Below are positions 1 through 8,900 of a stretch of 64,000 nt of DNA, piece after piece. The position numbers and the translations under genes are program-made. Under the pieces are notes generated by a model that saw only the letters and a program-made list of their open reading frames with translations, did no database searches and was not told the origin of the DNA. Each line of letters begins with the position of its first letter. Position 1 is the first letter of the stretch. The stretch covers positions 704,001-768,000 of the forward strand of contig OZ224045.1 of NCBI GenBank assembly GCA_963665325.3, written 5' to 3'. This DNA is from Alphaproteobacteria bacterium (GTDB lineage Bacteria; Pseudomonadota; Alphaproteobacteria; Bin95).

Positions 1-904
1 GCGTCGCGTGCTGACCGCCTCGGGCGAGTGGAAGACGCCGATCCTGCTCGGCTTCCTCGACGACCACTCGCGCCTCGGCTGCCACCTTCAGTGGTACCTC
101 GCCGAGACCGCCGAGGTGTTCGTCCACGGCCTTTGCCAGGCCTTCATGAAGCGCGGTCTGCCGAGGTCCCTGCTGACCGACAACGGCGCGGCGATGACCG
201 CGGGCGAGGTCGAGGAGGGGTTGCACCGGCTCGGCATCGCGGGGGTCACGACGCTCGCTTACAGCCCCCATCAGAACGGCAAGATCGAGTCGTTCTGGGG
301 CACGGTCGAATCGCGCCTGATGGCTCAGCTCGAAGGCGTCGACGCGCTTACCTTGAAGATGCTCAACGACGCCACCATCGCCTGGCTGGAGCAGGACTAT
401 CACCGCCGCAAGCACCGCGAGCTCGGCATGACGCCGCATCAACGCCTGGCCGGGAGCGTCGACGCGTCGAGATCCTGCCCCGGCTCGGCCGAGCTCAAGG
501 CGGCCTTCCGCATCACCAGGAAGCGCACGCTCAGGCGCTCGGACGGCACCGTCTCGGTCGAGGGCATCCGCTACCAGGTGCCACAGCCGTGGCGCCACCT
601 GCGCGAGGCCTGGATCCGTTACGCGCGCTGGAACCTCGCCAGCGTCGATCTGATCGACGGTCGAGGCGGCGAGCGCCTGTGCACGCTGTACCCCCTCGAC
701 AAGCGCGGCAACGCCGATGGCGTGCGCCGTCCCGCCGGCCCCGGCGGCAACGATGGCAATGGCGGCGCGGGGACGGGGGAACTTCCGCCGCTGCTCAAGG
801 GCATGCTCGACGCCCAGGCCGCAACCGGCCTGCCGCCGGCCTGGCTGCCCCATGACAAGACGCCCGGTCCGGGCGAGGACGAAGATCGGGGAGATGCGCC
901 ATGA
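1..904 (+). CDS. DDE-type integrase/transposase (rve core + Mu-transposase-like C-terminal domain), 5'-truncated by window edge
   Basis: FLDDHSR, LLTDNG, PHQNGKIESF and HRELGMTP motifs; C-terminal RSDGTVSVEGIRYQVP. Confidence 0.9.
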   Translation, partial: RRVLTASGEWKTPILLGFLDDHSRLGCHLQWYLAETAEVFVHGLCQAFMKRGLPRSLLTDNGAAMTAGEVEEGLHRLGIAGVTTLAYSPHQNGKIESFWGTVESRLMAQLEGVDALTLKMLNDATIAWLEQDYHRRKHRELGMTPHQRLAGSVDASRSCPGSAELKAAFRITRKRTLRRSDGTVSVEGIRYQVPQPWRHLREAWIRYARWNLASVDLIDGRGGERLCTLYPLDKRGNADGVRRPAGPGGNDGNGGAGTGELPPLLKGMLDAQAATGLPPAWLPHDKTPGPGEDEDRGDAP

Positions 905-1734
905 ACCGGGAACTGCTCACCTTCTACGGGCTCAAGTGGAACCCCTTCGCCACCGACCTGCCGGTCGACAGTCTCATGGCGACGCCTGCCGTCGACAGCT
1001 TCTGCCTCAGGATCGAGCGCCACCTGGTGCGCCAGGGCGGCTTCGCCTTGATCGCCGGCGAGCCCGGCGCCGGAAAGAGTGTGGCGTTGCGCCTGCTCGC
1101 CGACCGTCTCGGCCGCTGCGAGGGGCTCAGCATCGCCGCCATCACCCATCCCTCCTCCCGGCTGTCCGACTTCTACCGCGAGATCGGCGAGATGTTCGGC
1201 GTCGACCTGATGTACAACAACCGCTGGGCCAGCTTCAAAAGCCTGCGCGAGCGCTGGCTCGCCCATGTCGACGATACCCGCATGCGCCCCGTCGTGCTCG
1301 TCGACGAGGCCCAGGAGCTGCTGCCCTCGGTGTTCTCCGAGATCCGCCTGCTGGCTTCGACCGACTTCGACTCGCGCGCCATCCTCTCGGTCGTCCTCGC
1401 CGGCGACACGCGCCTGCTCGACAAGCTCCGCCAGCCCGATCTGCAGCCCATCGCCTCGCGCATCCGCCAGCGCCTGGTCATGACCAAGGCCGAGGCCGGC
1501 GACCTCGCGGCCCTGCTCGACCATCTGATCGAGCAGGCCGGCAATCCCGGCCTCATGACCGCGGGCCTCAAGGACACCCTGGTCGCCCATGCCGACGGCA
1601 ACCCGCGGGCGCTCACCGTCATGGCCGACGCCCTGCTCGCCGCCGCCGCCGAGAAGGAGCGCGAGGTCCTCGACGAGAAGCTCTTCATCGAGACCCTGGG
1701 CGAACCCGCCAAGCCGAGGAGGGCGCGGCGGTGA
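901..1734 (+). CDS. ExeA/GspA-family AAA ATPase (transposition helper, MuB/TniB-like role)
   Basis: N-terminal FYGLKWNPF, Walker A GEPGAGKS, Walker B VLVDEAQ, GNPR motif; coupled to the transposase. Confidence 0.88.
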   Translation: MNRELLTFYGLKWNPFATDLPVDSLMATPAVDSFCLRIERHLVRQGGFALIAGEPGAGKSVALRLLADRLGRCEGLSIAAITHPSSRLSDFYREIGEMFGVDLMYNNRWASFKSLRERWLAHVDDTRMRPVVLVDEAQELLPSVFSEIRLLASTDFDSRAILSVVLAGDTRLLDKLRQPDLQPIASRIRQRLVMTKAEAGDLAALLDHLIEQAGNPGLMTAGLKDTLVAHADGNPRALTVMADALLAAAAEKEREVLDEKLFIETLGEPAKPRRARR

Positions 1735-2729
1735 AGGGCTTCCCGACACGGGCGCCGGCGGAGCTCGAAGAGCGCCCCCAGGCGCGCCGCTGGATGGTCG
1801 AGGCGTTGTGGTCCGAGCAGGGCGTCGGCATCGTCGGCGGCGAGCCCAAGTGCGGCAAATCCTTCCTCGCACTCGACATCGCCGTCGCGGTCGCCGCCGG
1901 CGTCCCCTGCCTGCGCCACTTCCGTCCCGCCGCAAGCGGCCCCGTGCTGCTGTTCGCCGCCGAGGACGCCGGCCATATCGTGCGCGCACGCCTCCAGGGC
2001 ATCGCAAAGGCGGCAGGCACCGCGTTCGAGACCCTCGACATCGCCGTCATCGACGTGCCCACGCTGCGTCTCGACCATCGCGCCGATCGCCAGCGCCTGG
2101 TCGAGACGGTGGAGCGCGTCTCACCCCGCCTCGTCGTCCTCGACCCCCTCGTGCGCCTGCACGGCGTCGACGAAAATACCGTCGCCGAGGTCGCCCCCAT
2201 GCTGGGCTTCCTGCGCGACATACAGCGCCGCTTCGAAACCGCCGTCCTCCTCGTCCATCACGCACGAAAGAGCGGCGGCTCCCGGCCCGGGCAGGCGCTG
2301 CGCGGCAGCAGCGAACTTCACGCCTGGGGCGATTCGAATCTGTACCTGCGCCGGCGAGACCGCCAGATCCTCATGACCGTCGAGCATCGCGACGCCCCTG
2401 GCCTCGAAGACCTCGAGATCGAACTCGCCGACGACGACGAGCGCCCCGCCCTGCGGTTGCGCGAGACGCCGGAAGACCAGGCGCCGGAGCCGGATACCCC
2501 CGAACGGCGCATCCTGCAGGCCCTCGCCGACGCCGACGCGCCGCTCTCCCAGCGCCGGATCCGCGAGCGCGCGGCAACCCGGCCCGCAACCGTCGCCGAG
2601 GCGCTGCACAGGCTCGTCCGCGAAGGACGCGTCGAGCGCGCATCCGAAGGCGGATACCGCCTCGCCGCCCTCAACGGCAACGACCGCAGGGACACGTTAC
2701 CGAAAACCGTTACCGCCTCGAACCCCTAG
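1731..2729 (+). CDS. AAA_25/RepA-like (RecA-fold) ATPase/helicase with C-terminal winged-helix
   Basis: GTG start overlaps the upstream TGA; GGEPKCGKS, AAED, VVLDP, LLVHHARK and LRGSS motifs; C-terminal HTH-like segment. Confidence 0.85.
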   Translation: MKGFPTRAPAELEERPQARRWMVEALWSEQGVGIVGGEPKCGKSFLALDIAVAVAAGVPCLRHFRPAASGPVLLFAAEDAGHIVRARLQGIAKAAGTAFETLDIAVIDVPTLRLDHRADRQRLVETVERVSPRLVVLDPLVRLHGVDENTVAEVAPMLGFLRDIQRRFETAVLLVHHARKSGGSRPGQALRGSSELHAWGDSNLYLRRRDRQILMTVEHRDAPGLEDLEIELADDDERPALRLRETPEDQAPEPDTPERRILQALADADAPLSQRRIRERAATRPATVAEALHRLVREGRVERASEGGYRLAALNGNDRRDTLPKTVTASNP

Positions 2730-2756
2730 GGAGAGAGGGTAACGGTAACGGGTAAC
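2696..2756. repeat. Inverted hexamer array: GTTACC x2, CCCTAGGG palindrome, GGTAAC x3
   Basis: GTTACC at 2696 and 2709; CCCTAGGG at 2724-2731; GGTAAC at 2738, 2744 and 2751. Confidence 0.75.
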
Positions 2757-2980
2757 ACCGCTCCCATTGTCACACTGCGTAAAGCGGCCGGCCCGTGGCC
2801 GGAAGCTTGCTTACGGCCATGGATGCACTCCGTCGGAGGGACGGCGGCGGGTCACCCGAAGGGCCGGAGCGCAGCGCAGGAGCCGCGAAGCGGCTTGACG
2901 CGCCGACGGCCGTCCGACACCCCCGCCGTCACGCCCGGCCCGACGCCTGAAAACCATCGAACAACGTGACCATCCCGCCA

Positions 2981-5900
2981 TCAGATACCGAGAGCACACT
3001 CATCCGGAACCGACGAACCGGCCGCGTGGCGGTATTCATACTCCGTGACCGCTGAGCCGCCATCGTCTGCCGGCGCCGTCCATGCGAGCACGACCTCGCC
3101 GTCGCCCGGCGTCGCCACAAGGGTCTGCGGCGCAAACGGTACCGTTGCCGCCGGCGACCCCATCCCGGTAACTGCAGCGCCCGGCCCGACATTGTTCACT
3201 GCGCGAACCTCGAAGGCGTATTCCGTGCCGTTGGTCAGGCTGTCCACCGTTGCTGTCAGGCTCGTCCCGGCCGATTGCCAGGCCGTCTCATCGGGAACCG
3301 CTTCGCCCTCGGCATGTCGGTATTCGTAGCCCGTGACCGCAGAGCCGCCATTGCTGGACGGCGCCTGCCAGGTCAGCACTACTTCGCCGTTGCCCGGCGT
3401 TGCCACGAGGCTCTGCGGCAGGCCCGGCACCGTCGCGGGCGTCGCCGACATTGCGGCGGCCTCGCTCTCGCCTTCAGCGTTCACCGCACGCACCTCGAAG
3501 GCGTAATCCGTGCCGTTGGTCAGGCTGTCCACCGTCGCCGTCAGGCCCGTCCCGGCCGATTGCCAGGCCGTCTCATCGGGAACCGACGCGCCTTCCGCGT
3601 GGCGGTATTCGTATTCCGTGACCGCAGAGCCGCCATTGCTGGCCGGTGCCTGCCAGGTCAGCACTACTTCGCCGTCGCCCGGCGTCGTCGAGAAATTCTG
3701 CGGCGGGCCCGGCACCGTCGCCGGCGTCGCCGTCGCCGCGGCGGGCTTGCCCTCGCCTTCAGCGTTCACCGCGCGCACCTCGAAGGCGTATTCCGTGCCG
3801 TTGGTCAGGCTGTCCACTGTCGCCGTCAGGCTCGTCCCGGCCGATTGCCAGGCCGTCTCATCGGGAACCGACGCGCCCTCGGCATGGCGGTATTCATACT
3901 CCGTGACCGCAGAGCCGCCATTGCTTGCCGGCGCCTGCCAGGTCAGCACTACTTCGCCGTTGCCCGGCGTCGCCACAAGGCTCTGCGGCACACTCGGCAC
4001 CGTTGCAGGCGTCGCCGACTTTGCGGCGGCCCCGCCCTCGCCTTCAGCGTTCACCGCGCGCACCTCGAAGGCGTATTCCGTGCCGTTGGTCAGGCTGTCC
4101 ACCGTCGCTGTCAGGCTCGTCCCGGCCGATTGCCAGGCCGTCTCATCGGGAACCGCTTCGCCCTCGGCATGGCGGTATTCGTAGCCCGTGACCGCAGAAC
4201 CGCCATTGCTGGCCGGAGCCTGCCAGGTCAGCACGACCTCGCCGTCGCCCGGAGTGGCCGCCAGATTCTGGGGCACAGACGGAACCTTCGGCTGGACTGC
4301 CGGCGTTGCCGCCGCTGTAGCGGCCTCGCCCTCGCCTTCAGCGTTCATCGCGCGCACCTCGAAGGCGTATTCCGTGCCGTTGGTCAGGCTGTCCACCGTT
4401 GCCGTCAGGCTCGTCCCGGCCGATTGCCAGGCCGTTTCATCGGGAACCGACGCGCCCTCGGCATGGCGGTATTCGTAGCCCGTGACCGCAGAGCCGCCAT
4501 TGCTGGCCGGAGCCTGCCAGGTCAGCACGACCTCGCCGTCGCCCGGAGTGGCCGCCAGATTCTGGGGCACAGACGGAACCGTCGGCTGGACTGCCGGCGT
4601 TGCCGCCGCTGTAGCGGCCTCGCCCTCGCCTTCAGCGTTCATCGCGCGCACCTCGAAGGCGTATTCCGTGCCGTTGGTCAGGCTGTCCACCGTTGCCGTC
4701 AGGCTCGTCCCGGCCGATTGCCAGGCCGTTTCATCGGGAACCGACGCGCCCTCGGCATGGCGGTATTCGTAGCCCGTGACCGCAGAGCCGCCATTGCTGG
4801 CCGGAGCCTGCCAGGTCAGCACGACCTCGCCGTCGCCCGGCATTGCCGCGAGGCTCTGCGGCACAGACGGAACCGTCGGCTGGACTGCCGGCGTTGCCGC
4901 CGCTGTAGCGGCCTCGCCCTCGCCTTCATTGTTCACCGCGCGCACCTCGAAGGCGTATTCCGTGCCGTTGGTCAGGCTGTCCACCGTCGCTGTCAGGCTC
5001 GTCCCGGCCGATTGCCAGGCCGTCTCATCGGGAACCGACGCGCCCTCAGCGTGGCGGTATTCGTAGCCCGTGACCGCAGAGCCGCCATTGCTGGCCGGCG
5101 CCTGCCAGGTCAGCACTACTTCGCCGTCGCCCGGCGTTGCCGCGAGGCTCTGCGGCAGGCCCGGCACCGTCACCGGCGTCGCCGTAGCCGTAGCGGCCTC
5201 GCCCTCGCCTTCAGCGTTCACCGCGCGCACCTCGAAGGCGTATTCCGTGCCGTTGGTCAGGCTGTCCACCGTCGCCGTCAGGCTCGTTCCGGCCGATTGC
5301 CAGGCCGTCTCATCGGGAACCGACGCGCCCTCAGCGTGGCGGTATTCGTATTCCGTCACCGCAGAGCCGCCATTGCTGGCCGGCGCCTGCCAGGTCAGCA
5401 CGACCTCGCCGTCGCCCGGCGTTGCCGCGAGGCTCTGCGGCACAGACGGAACCGTCGGCTGGACTGCCGGCGTTGTCGTCGCGGTAGCAGGCTCGCTGCC
5501 GCCAACGACATTCACCGCCCGCACCTCGAAGGTGTATTCCGTGCCGTTGGTCAGGCCGCGGCGCGTGACGTGCGTTCTCTTGCCGGTGGATAGCCAGGCC
5601 GCTTCAGCGGGCACCGAGGCGCCCTCGGCCAACCGGTATTCATAGTCGATGACCGCAGAACCGCCGTTACTCGACGGCACCTTCCAAGTAAGGGTCACCT
5701 GGCCGTCGGCCGGCGTCGTCGAGAGGTTCTGCGGCGGACCCGGTACGGTCGCCGGCGTCGCCGTCGCCGCGGCGGGATCGCTCTCGCCTTCAGCGTTCAC
5801 CGCGCGCACCTCGAAGGCGTATTCCGTGCCGTTGGTCAGGCTGTTCACCGTCGCTGTCAGGCTTGTCCCGGCGGACTGCCAGGCCGTCTCATCAGGAACC

Positions 5901-8900
5901 GACGCGCCTTCTGCGTGGCGGTATTCGTATTCCGTGACCGCAGAACCGCCATTGCTGGCCGGCGCCTGCCAGGTCAGCACTACTTCGCCGTCGCCCGGAG
6001 TGGCCGCCAGATTCTGGGGCACAGACGGAACCGTCGGCTGGGCTGCCGGCGTCACCGTAGCCGTGGCGGCCCCGCCCTCGCCTTCAGCGTTCACCGCGCG
6101 CACCTCGAAGGCATATTCCGTGCCGTTGGTCAGGCTGTCCACCGTCGCTGTCAGGCCCGTCCCGGCGGACTGCCAGGCCGTTTCATCGGGAACCGCTTCG
6201 CCCTCGGCATGGCGGTATTCATACTCCGTGACCGCAGAGCCGCCATTGCTGGCCGGAGCCTGCCAGGTCAGCACGACCTCGCCGTCGCTCGGCGTCGTCG
6301 AGAAATTCTGAGGCGGGCCCGGTACGGTCGCCGGCGTCGCCGCCGTCGTCGCCGCCTCGCCCGCGGTGGCATTGCTGACCGCTCGCACCTCGAACGCATA
6401 TGCCGTGCCGTTGGTCAGATCGGACACGGTGAGCGTCGTCACGAGCCCCACCGGGGTCCATGTCGTATCGCCCGGCACACTCGCGCCTTCGGCATGGCGC
6501 ACGTCGTAACGCGCGATATCGGCGCCGCCGTCATCCGCCGGCGCCTGCCACCGCAGCTCAACCCCGCCGTCGGCCGGCGTCGCCATCAGGTTTCGCGGCG
6601 CGGACGGGGGAAGACCCGGCGTCGCCTGGATTTGCGCTGCCGGCCCGTCCCCCTGGGCGTTCACCGCCCGCACCTCGAAGCTGTAGAGCGTCCCGTTGGT
6701 CAGGAACCGGAAAGCGCCGGTAGTACGGAGTCCCGTCGAAATCCAGCGCGTGCTTGCGGGAACCGAGGCGCCTTCGGCGTTGCGCATCTGGTAGTGCCGG
6801 ACATTGGACCCGCCATCGTCTGCCGGCGCCGACCAGCGCAGGACGATCCCGCCGTCTTCCGCCGCCGCGACGACTTCCTGAGGAACGGAGGGCAAGGTCA
6901 GCGGTCCCGCTGTCGCGCTGGCGGGCGCGCCCCCGCCGGCATCGCTCACCGCGCGCACCTCGAAGGCATAGGTCGTGCCCTCGGTCAGGCTGCCTATGGT
7001 CGCCGTCAGATCGGTTCCGGCGGAGATCCAGTCCCTTTCCGCAGGCACCGAGGTGCCCTCGGCGTGGCGGTACTCATACTCCGAGATCGCCGAGGTGCCG
7101 GGATCCGCCGGCGCTTCCCAGGCCAGCGTCACTTCACCGTCGCCCGGCGTCGCGGACAAGTTCTGCGGCGCCGACGGCGCGCTGTCATTGTCCCCGATCG
7201 TGACCGTCATGAGGCAGCCGTCGGCACCGCAAACGGTCGTCCCGTCCGCCTCGCGAATCTGCGCCCATGGGGGGAACCCGGGCGCCCTAATCAGCCTGAC
7301 CGACAGGTTTTCGTCGTCCTCGTCGAGGGCGTCGTCGACGATGGAGAGCGCAACCGTCTTGCGGGCCTGCCAGATACCGCCGACCTCGGAAAAGTCCTCC
7401 GGTTCGATGCGAACTGTGATCGACAGGGTTGCGTAGTCTGCCCCAAACTTTGCGCCCCCGGTCACCGTCTTCGTCGACACCGACACCTCGAAGACTTCGC
7501 TCGGACGGCCGCCGCCCGACTCGACCTCTGCGACGATCGCCACGCTGGTCTCGCTCGCGCCTTCCGCAAATCTATAGGCCGCCTTTTCCGGGCGGGCGGT
7601 GATCGTGGGATGGCGCACCGGCGTCGCCGTCGCCGTCGCCGCAGCGCCCGCGCCGACATCGTTCACCGCCCTCACCTCGAAGGCATAAGCCGTACCGTCG
7701 GTCAGGCTGCTGACTCTTCTGGGCAGAACGTTCGCGATCGATTGCCAGGCCGTTTCGGACGGCACCGTGGCGCCCTCTGCGTAGCGATATTCGTAGCGGT
7801 CAATCGCGGTACTGCCGGAATCCGACGGCGCTTCCCACTCCAGCGTCACCGCGCCGTGGCTCGCCGTCGCCGTCAGGTTTCGCGGCGCGGACGGGGGAAA
7901 GCCGGGCGTCGCCTGGATTTGCGCTGCCGGCCCGTCCCCCTGGGCGTTCACCGCCCGCACCTCGAAGCTGTAGAGCGTCCCGTTGGTCAGGAACCGGAAA
8001 GCGCCGGTAGTGCTGGGTCCCGTCGAAATCCAGCGCGTGCTTGCGGGAACCGAGGCGCCTTCGGCGTTGCGCATCTGGTAGTGCCGGACATTGGACCCGC
8101 CATCGTCCGCCGGCGCCGACCATCGCAGGACGACCCCGCCGTCTTCCGCCGCCGCGACGACATCTTGAGGAACGGAGGGCAAGGTCAGCGGTCCCGCTGT
8201 CGCGCTGGCGGGCGCGCCCCCGCCGGCGTCGCTCACCGCGCGCACCTCGAAGGCATAGGTCGTGCCCTCGGTCAGGCTGCCTATGGTCGCCGTCAGATCG
8301 GTTCCGGCGGAGATCCAGTCCCTTTTCTCGGGTACCGAGGTGCCCTCGGCGTGGCGGTACTCATACTCCGAGATCGCGGAAGTCCCGCTGTCCGCCGGCG
8401 CTTCCCAGGCGAGCGTCACCGCACCGTCTTCCGGCGTCGCCGTAAAGTTCTGCGGCTCCGACGGCGCGCTGTCATTGTCCCCGATCGTAACCGTCATGAG
8501 GCAGACGCCAGAACCGCAAACGGTCGTCCCGTCCGCCTCGCGAATCTGCGCCCATGGGGGGAACCCGGGCGCCATCTCCAGCGTGACCGTCAGGTTCTCG
8601 TCGTCCTCGTCGAGGGCGTCGTCGACGATGGAGAGCGCAACCGTCTTGCGGGCCTGCCAGACACCGCCGACCTTGGAAAAATCCTTCGGTTCGATGCCGA
8701 CCGGAGCCGCCACAGCACCGAAGTCTGCGGGGGACTTTGCGCCTCCGGTCACCTCCTTCGTCGACACCGACACATAGAAGGTCTCACTCGGGCGGCCGCC
8801 GTCCGACTCGACCTCTGCGACGATCGCCACGCTGGTCTCGCTCGCGCCTTCGACGAAATTATAGGCCGCCTTTTCCGGGCGGGCGGTGACCGTGGGTTGG

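Larger units (their letters stand above)
1..2998 (+). mobile_element. Right portion of a Mu/IS21-like DDE transposon (integrase + ExeA-like ATPase + AAA_25 helicase); left end outside the window
   Basis: Three translationally coupled genes (ATGA 901-904, GTGA 1731-1734). Sequence ends ...CAGATACCGAGAGCACA at 2998 (5'-TGT on minus), exactly where Fn3-repeat homology stops. Confidence 0.8.

Noticed and set aside
717-1730. N-terminal extension of the 670-aa ORF (possible fusion)
   Set aside because: It overlaps the ExeA gene in another frame with low-complexity sequence; the real start is GTG 1731.
1-2998. CRISPR-associated or Tn7-like transposon
   Set aside because: No tniQ/tnsD, cas gene or array in the visible part; the left part is outside the window.
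3000-6330. CRISPR array
   Set aside because: Repeats are 285-294 bp, in frame and coding, with no spacers or cas genes.
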